61,522 bases of DNA. Source: Gammaproteobacteria bacterium. Lineage in GTDB: Bacteria > Pseudomonadota > Gammaproteobacteria > GCA-001735895. The notes under the pieces were generated by a model. That model did no database searches. It saw nothing but the letters and a program-made list of their open reading frames with translations, and was not told the DNA's origin. The position numbers and the translations under genes are program-made. Each line of letters starts with the position of its first letter. Positions within the stretch are counted from its first letter, which is position 1. Positions 17,698 to 25,626 of the stretch are shown one piece after another. The DNA lies in the NCBI GenBank assembly GCA_024686195.1, contig JAIBDO010000001.1, positions 1 through 61,522 on the forward strand, read 5' to 3'.

Positions 17698-18429
17698 ATG
17701 AGCAAGAATATACACATATGTAAGCTGAGTGATATTCCCGCCAACGGAATCAAGGATTTCGTGCTTGAGGGCGGCGAAAAAGTGCTTATCGCTAACTTCA
17801 GCGAGAATTATTATGCCTATAACGGAAATTGCCCTCATCAGGGTACATGCCTTGCCGAAGGTTTTTTCGACGGTGCGGTACTGACCTGTAACAAACATTT
17901 ATGGCAGTGGGATATCACCACCGGAAAGCCCATCGGCCTTGCCGAAGCCCCACTGGAAAGCTATCAGCTCGAGATTGAAGACGGCGAGATATATGTTCGC
18001 AAGGCCAATGCGTTGAAGATGGCCGAGTTATTCAGGGATATTTCAACTAGCACGCAGGACTTGCTGGTGAAACTCACCCGGCGAGAAGAATATGAAGTTG
18101 GTAGCGTTCTATACGATCTGGGTGATCTGACAGACGATCTCTACATTCTCGAATCGGGTCGGGTCGAGTTCGAACTTGGTCGAGACGAACGTACCAGTGC
18201 GGCCGGGTTTATCTTGCGTAAAGGCGAGGTTTTCGGATGGGCCGCACTACTTGAGCATCAACCGATACGTATCGCCCAGGCTGTTTGTGTGGAAAAATCG
18301 GTTCTGTTGCGTCTCAATGGCGAGGAAGTTGTTAAGGTATTAGCAACCGATCCGGCTTCTGGCTACCTGGTCATGCGCCAGTTAGCTACTTTGATCACCA
18401 GGCACTTCACCTCGTCGAGCGAGCAATGA
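17698..18429 (+). CDS. Rieske [2Fe-2S] ferredoxin (MsmC paralog) fused to a C-terminal cyclic-nucleotide-binding-like domain
   Basis: The N-terminal about 105 aa align with the preceding ferredoxin (CPHQGTCL...LTCNKHLWQWD). The C-terminal about 130 aa have the Crp/cNMP beta-roll pattern (VLYDLGDLTDDLYILESGRVEF...RKGEVFGWAALLEHQPIRIAQAVCVEKSVLLRL). ATG 17698 lies just after the reductase stop. Confidence 0.8.
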   Translation: MSKNIHICKLSDIPANGIKDFVLEGGEKVLIANFSENYYAYNGNCPHQGTCLAEGFFDGAVLTCNKHLWQWDITTGKPIGLAEAPLESYQLEIEDGEIYVRKANALKMAELFRDISTSTQDLLVKLTRREEYEVGSVLYDLGDLTDDLYILESGRVEFELGRDERTSAAGFILRKGEVFGWAALLEHQPIRIAQAVCVEKSVLLRLNGEEVVKVLATDPASGYLVMRQLATLITRHFTSSSEQ

Positions 18430-18600
18430 TGAGAGGAGAGCGGCGATTAATAACCGAGTATGAATAACTGAGGATGATTGCAACTCAATGTAAGGAGGTC
18501 ATGATTAAAAAGTAAGGCACCAATCTTTAACCATAAAAAGTTGTTTAGCGCGTTTAGACAATTGACAATTTTAATAATCGAAAATAGTGAGGAGTTATAA

Positions 18601-19755
18601 ATGTTATCTAAATTAAAAAGTATCCAACATCGGGTCACTACCGGTTTCGCTGCGTTGATTGTAGCGTTAGGCCTTACGGCGCCCGGATTAGTGTCCACCG
18701 CATCTGCCGCTGAAATTGATTTTGGCAAGGTCGGAGATCCGATCAATCTTGTTGTAGGTTATCAGCCATATTACACAGAAGCCTGGTCCGGTGTGGTCAT
18801 GAAGAGCCTGAAGCTGTACGAAAAGTACTTGCCGAAAGGGTCGACTGTTGAATTTCAGATTGGCCTGCAAGGCGGTATTATCGTTAACGCCATGCTCGCA
18901 GGAAAGCAACACATCGGCTACATGGGTGACATGCCGGCCATCGTCGCCACCACCAAGGATCGCGTAGCTGACATTCGTATCGTTGCGACCGCAGGTCTTG
19001 GTTTTGATCAGTGCAATAACATGCTGGTCAGAAATGATGCACCGCAGTTTGCCAATGCCGGCGAAGCCATCCAGTGGATGGATGGGAAGGTCGTAGCAGT
19101 ACCGAAAGGCGCCTGTACTGACCGCTTTGCACTGGCTGTTTTCGAGAAAGAAAACATCAAGCCGGCCAGCTACCTGAACCAGAACATCGAAGTAATCACC
19201 AGTGGCTTCCGCGCTGGCAAGCTCGATGCGGCTGCGATCTGGGAACCAACGGCATCACGTCTGGTTGAGGAAGGACTGGCACGTAAAGTTGCTTCTGGCG
19301 CCTCGGTTGATGAGAATGATGGTGGTTTTATCGACATGCGTGGTGACCTGATTGACCAACGTCCCGACGTTGTCAAAGCCTGGCTGAATGCCGAACTCGA
19401 CGCGCAATTGTTCATGGCTGATCCCAAAAACACCATGGCAATCGTGAAGATGGCTGAAGAGCAAACCACTGGCTTCGAATCCAAGGTGCTTTGGAAAGCT
19501 ATGGTTGGTACCACACCGGTACTCCAGGGCGGCACACCGGTTCGAAATGAACTGGCTTTTGCTATTACCCCGAAGGCCCAGGCGCTGATCGACAAAGCAA
19601 CTGTCTTTCTGCACTCCATCAAGACGATCAAAGTGGATACCCTGCGTGACAACGCGATCGAGCGTAGCTTCACCGAAGAAATCCTGAAGGAGCGTGGTCT
19701 GTCAGCACCCGTTGGCAAGATGTGGGCTCAGCCAGATTCTGCTTACGGTATGTAG
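18601..19755 (+). CDS. ABC transporter periplasmic substrate-binding protein, NitT/TauT (NMT1/SsuA-like) family; msmE-like
   Basis: 384 aa with a signal peptide ending ...STASA-AE. GAGGAG precedes the ATG. Sits beside cognate permease and ATPase genes. Confidence 0.85.
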   Translation: MLSKLKSIQHRVTTGFAALIVALGLTAPGLVSTASAAEIDFGKVGDPINLVVGYQPYYTEAWSGVVMKSLKLYEKYLPKGSTVEFQIGLQGGIIVNAMLAGKQHIGYMGDMPAIVATTKDRVADIRIVATAGLGFDQCNNMLVRNDAPQFANAGEAIQWMDGKVVAVPKGACTDRFALAVFEKENIKPASYLNQNIEVITSGFRAGKLDAAAIWEPTASRLVEEGLARKVASGASVDENDGGFIDMRGDLIDQRPDVVKAWLNAELDAQLFMADPKNTMAIVKMAEEQTTGFESKVLWKAMVGTTPVLQGGTPVRNELAFAITPKAQALIDKATVFLHSIKTIKVDTLRDNAIERSFTEEILKERGLSAPVGKMWAQPDSAYGM

Positions 19756-19788
19756 TGCCTGACATAACTTTGTTAGTTCTGTAGAGGA

Positions 19789-19820
19789 CCCCCCGACAGG
19801 AAAATGTCCCGGTCGGGGGG
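19789..19820 (+). promoter_or_regulatory. Strong intra-operon RNA hairpin after the binding-protein gene
   Basis: CCCCCCGAC-(14 nt)-GTCGGGGGG, a 9-bp G/C stem with no downstream T-tract. Confidence 0.5.
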
Positions 19821-19933
19821 CCATCTCTACGCATAGAGCAACAGTTAGTAAATAAATGTAGTTATACCTGGGTGTGCATTCGGCATGGTTGTGCGTGTGC
19901 AGGATACCCGGAACATAAATAGAGGAAGCAGGT

Positions 19934-21286
19934 ATGCCTGACCCGGCAAACAATTCGGAAATTCTAAGCGCCTTGAAAAGCGCGATGCCCTTTCAGATGG
20001 TACCCGGTAATCTGATGCAGGAGATTGCTGCAATCTGTACGCAGGAATCATATGAAGCAGGTGAGAAAATATATGACCTGGGCGCGGTAGCAGACGATGT
20101 TTTCATCGTCGCTTACGGAAGCGTGCGACATACCCTGTCGGCGGATACAGACGCGAGCAAGCATGAGAAAACCATGCGCAGCGGTGATGTTTTCGGCTGG
20201 GCCGCTGTTCTTGAAGGTCAGAGTGTACGTATGGCGGCGACTGCCAGCATCGAGCGTACCCTGGTGCTACGCATCAACGGCAAAAAACTGATCAAATTGT
20301 TTGAGAGCGATCCCGCGGTCGGTGACGTTGTCATGACGCGATTCGCGACCTTGATTAATAAAGAATTCTACGTGCCCAGATCGATTGCCGATCAGGTGCC
20401 GGGCTTCAAGCAAGCCCTCAATGCAAGCAATCTTCAGGGCTCTGAAGTGACCACCATGGCGTTAACCGTCTATCGGATTTCGACCTGGCTGAAAAGCCCG
20501 CGACCGTACCTGATGTTGATCGGTTTTGCACTGTTCCTCAGCTTCTGGATGCTGTCGGTCGAGATTTGGAAATTACCGCGCTTTGTCGATATGCCTGGGC
20601 CGACCGAGGTGTTTACCGAGTGGTTCAGCGAAGATCCCTATTACGGTCTGTCGATCTACACCCCCGAGTATTACAAGCACATTGGCATAAGCCTGCAACG
20701 TATTGCCTTCGCCTTCTTTCTGGCGACTGGGCTGGGTGTGCCACTGGGGCTGTTCCTCGGTTGGTCGAAGAAATTCCGTGAATATATTTTCCCCCTGTTC
20801 GAGGTGTTTCGGCCAATTCCGGTTCTCGCCTGGGTACCACTGGCGATTATCATGTTCAGTGGCTCTGAAACTCCGGTTATTTTCCTGACTTTCCTGGCCT
20901 CATTCTTCGCTACAACGCTGAACACCATGCTGGGCGTAGAATCGATCGACGAGTCCTACAGTCGGGCTGCTCGATGTCTGGGTGCCAGTCGCTGGCAGAC
21001 ATTCGTTCATGTGGTGATCCCCGGCGCTATGCCCTACATTTTTACCGGCCTGCAAATATCCATCGGTGTCGCCTGGTTCTCGCTGGTGGCGGGAGAGATG
21101 GTGTCCGGTCAGTACGGCCTGGGATATGTCATTAACACCGCCTACATGATGATCGAATATCCGAAAATTATCATCGGCATGATCACCCTTGGCGTAGTCG
21201 GCTACATCACCAGCGCCATGGTGCGCATGATGGGTGATTACCTCATGCAGTGGCGGGTGCGTGAACTGGCCCTCGGAGATAACTAA
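19934..21286 (+). CDS. ABC transporter permease (NitT/TauT family) with an N-terminal cyclic-nucleotide-binding-like domain
   Basis: 450 aa. Residues about 12-145 have the cNMP/Crp-like beta-roll (EKIYDLGAVADDVFIVAYGSVRH...SGDVFGWAAVLEGQSVRMAATASIERTLVLRI). The remainder is a 6-TM BPD_transp_1-type permease. Confidence 0.85.
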   Translation: MPDPANNSEILSALKSAMPFQMVPGNLMQEIAAICTQESYEAGEKIYDLGAVADDVFIVAYGSVRHTLSADTDASKHEKTMRSGDVFGWAAVLEGQSVRMAATASIERTLVLRINGKKLIKLFESDPAVGDVVMTRFATLINKEFYVPRSIADQVPGFKQALNASNLQGSEVTTMALTVYRISTWLKSPRPYLMLIGFALFLSFWMLSVEIWKLPRFVDMPGPTEVFTEWFSEDPYYGLSIYTPEYYKHIGISLQRIAFAFFLATGLGVPLGLFLGWSKKFREYIFPLFEVFRPIPVLAWVPLAIIMFSGSETPVIFLTFLASFFATTLNTMLGVESIDESYSRAARCLGASRWQTFVHVVIPGAMPYIFTGLQISIGVAWFSLVAGEMVSGQYGLGYVINTAYMMIEYPKIIIGMITLGVVGYITSAMVRMMGDYLMQWRVRELALGDN

Positions 21287-22149
21287 TGAGTGCAGTAATA
21301 GATGAAAATTTAGGTTCGCTGGCGGACGTCACCGACGGCGCAATCAGCATTAAGGATGTGGTCAAAATATACGACCCGGATGGGGCCGCGGTGATGGCGG
21401 TCGACCATTGTTCGATCGAAATTCCAGCTGGGGAAATCTGTATGATCGTCGGCCCGTCGGGTTGCGGCAAGACAACCCTGCTGAATGCCATTGCCGGTTT
21501 CCACGGCATCACTTCCGGCAGTATCCACCTCGATGGCGAACTGTTGTGCGGCCCTGAAAAGCCACAGGCAGAGCCCGGTTCTGATCGCATTGTAGTGTTC
21601 CAGAACGGCGCACTATTCCCCTGGAAGACCAATCTCGACAACGTTGCTTTCGGGCCGATGATGGCTGGTAAGCTGAGCAAGGAGGAAATCTACGATAAGG
21701 CGCGCAGCATGATGGCAGACGCGGGCCTGAGCGGCAACGAGAACAACTATCCGGGCGAAATATCCTCGGGCTTGCGGCGTCGGGTCGAAATAGTCCGCGC
21801 ACTCATGAACGATCCCAAAGTATTGCTATTCGATGAGCCTTATCGCGCGCTTGATTCTCTCACCAAGTCGGTTATGCATGAAGCCTTGCTGGAAATCTAC
21901 TATCGCAACAAGGTCACGATTTTCTTTATAACTCACGATCTCGAAGAGGCGATCTTCCTTGGCCACCGGTTGATCATCATGTCTTCCCGACCCTGTAAGC
22001 CAAAGAAAATTGTAGAAGTGGATATACCCCATCCACGCGATTACAGCGTGCTGACTTCTCCCCGTTTTCGGGAGCTTATGAACGAAGCCAAAGACGTCGT
22101 GCATGAGGAGGCTACCAAAGCCTTCGAAGCCGGCGAAAAAGAAGGATAG
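21286..22149 (+). CDS. ABC transporter ATP-binding protein (NitT/TauT family)
   Basis: Walker A GPSGCGKTT, signature ISSGLRRR, Walker B LLFDEP. Its start shares 1 nt with the permease stop. Confidence 0.9.
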   Translation: MSAVIDENLGSLADVTDGAISIKDVVKIYDPDGAAVMAVDHCSIEIPAGEICMIVGPSGCGKTTLLNAIAGFHGITSGSIHLDGELLCGPEKPQAEPGSDRIVVFQNGALFPWKTNLDNVAFGPMMAGKLSKEEIYDKARSMMADAGLSGNENNYPGEISSGLRRRVEIVRALMNDPKVLLFDEPYRALDSLTKSVMHEALLEIYYRNKVTIFFITHDLEEAIFLGHRLIIMSSRPCKPKKIVEVDIPHPRDYSVLTSPRFRELMNEAKDVVHEEATKAFEAGEKEG

Positions 22150-22156
22150 AACAGAG

Positions 22157-22981
22157 ATGAGTGTAAGCAATTTTTCAGACAAGCTGTTCAGTAAGGCAGC
22201 GATGCGTGGCATCTTCGCGATCGTCGTTTTCGTGCTGATATGGGAAGTCGGTGCTCGTTCCGAGCAATGGTTTGGTTATCGTTTCCCGTTTATTGGATTG
22301 GTACCCCCGCCCACCGATGTATTCGTCAGCTGGGGAGGATTGATTGCGGATCCCAGTTACTGGCAAAGCTGGTACATGAGTTTCCTGCGTGTTTTCGGAG
22401 GATTCGCGGCGGCCATGGTCATCGGAATCCCGATGGGTTTGCTAATGGCGGTCAATAAAGCCAGTTACGGCATCATTTTTCCGTCTTTTGAAGTGCTGCG
22501 TCCTATTCCACCGCTAGCCTGGGTGCCGGCGTCGATCATCTTCTGGCCTACCCAGGAATTGTCGATTGCCTTCGTCACTTTCCTCGGCGCGTTTTACACC
22601 ATTGTTATCAATGTGCTGGGTGGCGCTAAATCGATCAACAAGCAGTTTTTGCAGGCCGCGCAATCTATGGGAGCGTCACAGTGGGACATCTTCCGTCGCA
22701 TCGTTCTCCCTGCAACATTGCCATCGATTGTGGTTGGTTCTGCAGTTGGTATGGGAATTACCTGGGAGGTTGTGGTCGCCGCAGAAATGATCTCGGGTGG
22801 TGGCAGCTCCGGTGGTGGTGCCGGTGGCGGGCTCGGATTTTTTATCTGGAGCTCTTATGTGGGTGGATCCTACGAACAGATCATTGTCGGCATGATCAGT
22901 ATCGGCATCGCCGGTTATATAAGCAGCGAGCTATTGCGGCAACTCGGTGGTTTGCTAACTCCCTGGCTGAAAACACGGTAA
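22157..22981 (+). CDS. ABC transporter permease (NitT/TauT family), second membrane subunit
   Basis: Permease fold with a Gly-rich insertion EMISGGGSSGGGAGGGLGFF. I use ATG 22157 (MSVSNFSDK...). The track start at 22103 would overlap the ATPase gene by 47 nt. Confidence 0.85.
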   Translation: MSVSNFSDKLFSKAAMRGIFAIVVFVLIWEVGARSEQWFGYRFPFIGLVPPPTDVFVSWGGLIADPSYWQSWYMSFLRVFGGFAAAMVIGIPMGLLMAVNKASYGIIFPSFEVLRPIPPLAWVPASIIFWPTQELSIAFVTFLGAFYTIVINVLGGAKSINKQFLQAAQSMGASQWDIFRRIVLPATLPSIVVGSAVGMGITWEVVVAAEMISGGGSSGGGAGGGLGFFIWSSYVGGSYEQIIVGMISIGIAGYISSELLRQLGGLLTPWLKTR

Positions 22982-22986
22982 CCCAG

Positions 22987-23874
22987 ATGAATACAACTAC
23001 TCAAGATTCGGTTAAGCCAAAAACGGCTTCCTTCGCACAAGCCAGCAGCGAAATTGTGGCGACGAATATTTCCAAGTCCTATGGCGCAGGTCCTTTTGCC
23101 AAGCAGGTTGTCGATAACTGTTCGTTTACCATCGAAAGCAATAAATTGACCGTGATGATCGGGCCATCGGGTTGCGGCAAAAGTACTCTCATCCAGCTGA
23201 TTGCGGGTTTTGAGAGTCCTGATAGCGGTACGATTACGATGAACGGCAATCCGATCACGGGTCCGGGAAAGGATCGTCTGGTACTGTTCCAGGAGTCTGC
23301 ACTTTTCCCGTGGATGACTACCTATGACAACATCATGTATGGTCCTCGAGCGCGCGGTGAAGATAACGCCGAATCGGTAGAGTTGGCCGAGTTTCTGCTG
23401 GCCAAGGTCGGTCTCGAGGCTTTCAGGGACAAGTACCCGCAACAGCTCTCGGGCGGCATGCAGCGTCGAGCAGAACTGGCACGGGCAATGATCAACAAGC
23501 CCGAAGTGATGATCCTTGATGAGCCGTTTCGCGGTCTGGATAACATGTCCAAGGAGTTGATGTGGGAATACTATGCAGCACTCTACGAAGAAGACAAAAA
23601 TACCAACTTTTTCGTGACCACGGACATTGACGAAGCCATCTTTCTCGCCGATCGCCTGTTGATTATGACTAATCTCCCAACCAACTGCCGTTCCGTTATC
23701 GAGATCGATATACCCCGCCCGCGTCGGATCGACGATATCGGTAACAACGCTCGTGCGAATGATATCAAGAAAGAGGTGATGACCTTGCTACACGAGGAAG
23801 CGATGAAATCCTTCTCGGGTGGCAGTAAGGCCGCGGCAGATTTCCTCGATGCTTATTCCAAGCGCGCCGGTTGA
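22987..23874 (+). CDS. ABC transporter ATP-binding protein (NitT/TauT family), second ATPase
   Basis: Walker A GPSGCGKST, signature LSGGMQRR, Walker B MILDEP. The true start is ATG 22987 (MNTTTQDS...). The track's extension back to 22681 is an out-of-frame read through the permease gene. Confidence 0.9.
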   Translation: MNTTTQDSVKPKTASFAQASSEIVATNISKSYGAGPFAKQVVDNCSFTIESNKLTVMIGPSGCGKSTLIQLIAGFESPDSGTITMNGNPITGPGKDRLVLFQESALFPWMTTYDNIMYGPRARGEDNAESVELAEFLLAKVGLEAFRDKYPQQLSGGMQRRAELARAMINKPEVMILDEPFRGLDNMSKELMWEYYAALYEEDKNTNFFVTTDIDEAIFLADRLLIMTNLPTNCRSVIEIDIPRPRRIDDIGNNARANDIKKEVMTLLHEEAMKSFSGGSKAAADFLDAYSKRAG

Positions 23875-23912
23875 GTCAACCTGCCACTGTTAAACAATTG
23901 GTTTAAATCGAA

Positions 23913-24116
23913 ATGCCTGATTGGTTACTCTATCGTCCCACCATTATTGGTCTAGCCGTAGTGGGGGGAATCCTGTCAATAGTGGCATCTTCCTGTCAAT
24001 CGCGGGAATTGCTTCCTGAGCCCGCGATCGGATGGTTGAACAAGGCCTCCTACGCATTCATGATGGTCAGCGTCACCTTGTTTATCTCTGCCGGATTGCT
24101 GGGTGTCGATCCATAA
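23913..24116 (+). CDS. Possible small two-TM membrane protein
   Basis: 67-aa ORF with two hydrophobic helices, 38 nt after the ATPase gene. No clear Shine-Dalgarno sequence. Confidence 0.3.
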   Translation: MPDWLLYRPTIIGLAVVGGILSIVASSCQSRELLPEPAIGWLNKASYAFMMVSVTLFISAGLLGVDP

Positions 24117-24525
24117 TTTGAAGTACGGCACTGTCATTATGTCTATTACCTGCCGCAGGCTACTTAATTAGTATCACGCACCAATGTTGCGCTTGAGCCG
24201 ACGCTGACGATCAAACCGTAAGGCAGCAGAACCCTGCCAGTGATTTACGCGCAGGGATTGTCGCAGGTTTAACAAATCCAACCAGTTCAGCTTATGTTTC
24301 AGACTGGACCTTGCACAAAACAAGGGACTGCTGGTCGATGGCGCAATCCCTGTCCAGTGCTCCGTAGCAATCTGGTCTGGCCAATGCAGGCATTACGCCG
24401 GGAGTCGGGCAGCTCTCTCTGTGTTGTAGTTTCGATAGCGCACACTATTGAGGTTAACGGGACGTTGTCCCTCAGCATCACTCGTCGGTGTCGGGTGAAT
24501 TGGTTTACAATCTCCGTTTCATAAC

Positions 24526-25626
24526 ATGGCTACCGTGGGCTCTGATATTCAAATTGCGCTGATTCAAGGGGATGGTATCGGTGTCGATGTCAGTGATGCG
24601 GCGCGGGCACTGCTGGATGCGGCCTTGCAAAAGACCGGGCAGGCGCCTGCCAGTTATCGTGAGATAGCCGCCGGTGCTGGCTATTTCCGCGAGACCGGAC
24701 GGGATATCGAACCTGGCGGTGAGCAAGCGGCCGGTAAAGCCGATGCCATTTTCCTCGGTGCAATTGGCTTGCCATCGATCCGCCATGCGGACGGCACCGA
24801 GATTTCTCCGCATTTGCGCCTACGCGATATTTATCAACTTTACGCCGGTGTGCGCCCGGTACGCGCCTATCCCAACGCCCCGCAACCTCTGGCCGATCCG
24901 CGCGCTGCGGATATTGATCTGGTGATATTGCGAGAATCGACTGAAGGGTTATTTTATTCGGCTGCAGTGCACGGACGCAGCGAGGTGATAGATAACCGCG
25001 AAGTGCGTGACGTTTTGCGCATCACGCGTGCAACGACAGAAAAACTGCATCGCTTTGGTTTTGAACTGGCACGCAAGCGTAAACAACGCGGCAGCCCGGG
25101 TAAGCTAACCTGTGTGGATAAAGCAAATGTGTTTACCTCGATGGCTTTTTTCCGTCAGATCTACGATGAGATTGCACCCGCCTATGATGATATTGCCACC
25201 GACTATAATTATGTCGATGCACAGGCACTGGATTTAATTCGCCGGCCCTGGGAGTTTGACGTGCTGGTCACCGAAAATATGTTCGGCGATATTCTTTCCG
25301 ATCTGGCCGGTGGTCTGGTTGGTGGCATGGGCATGGCTGCCTGTGCTGAAATCGGTGATGAAACGGGACTCTTCCAGCCAGCCCATGGCAGCGCTCCCGA
25401 TATCATGGGTGAGGACAAGGCAAACCCACTGGCTGCCATATTAAGTGGGGCACTGATGTTGGAGTACCTGGCACAGAAAACAGATTGCCCTGCCTTGCTG
25501 GATGCGGCGGAGCTTATCGACGGGGCGGTTTATAGAGGCTTCGAACAAAAAAGAATCCGCCCAATCGAGTTCGGGGGTGACATGGGCACAGTGGCAGTCA
25601 CTAGAGAGTTGCTGAGCCTGTTGTGA
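24526..25626 (+). CDS. Isocitrate/isopropylmalate dehydrogenase family protein (tartrate dehydrogenase-like)
   Basis: 366 aa with IALIQGDGIGVDV at the N-terminus and NMFGDILSDLAGGLVGGMG. Confidence 0.9.
   Translation: MATVGSDIQIALIQGDGIGVDVSDAARALLDAALQKTGQAPASYREIAAGAGYFRETGRDIEPGGEQAAGKADAIFLGAIGLPSIRHADGTEISPHLRLRDIYQLYAGVRPVRAYPNAPQPLADPRAADIDLVILRESTEGLFYSAAVHGRSEVIDNREVRDVLRITRATTEKLHRFGFELARKRKQRGSPGKLTCVDKANVFTSMAFFRQIYDEIAPAYDDIATDYNYVDAQALDLIRRPWEFDVLVTENMFGDILSDLAGGLVGGMGMAACAEIGDETGLFQPAHGSAPDIMGEDKANPLAAILSGALMLEYLAQKTDCPALLDAAELIDGAVYRGFEQKRIRPIEFGGDMGTVAVTRELLSLL

Noticed and set aside
19277-19292. Sigma-54-like element TGGCACGTAAAGTTGC
   Set aside because: The GG-to-GC spacing is one nt longer than the -24/-12 consensus. 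The site is also in the middle of the binding-protein coding sequence, with no downstream start to serve.
22681-22986. N-terminal extensions of track ORFs: 22681 for the second ATPase, 35743 for the response regulator, 50459 for the DUF1116 gene, 55771 for the SBP-like gene and 22103 for the second permease
   Set aside because: The extensions read out of frame through the preceding well-supported genes and translate to low-complexity Arg/Cys/Trp-rich sequence. Internal ATGs placed just after the upstream stops give normal N-termini.
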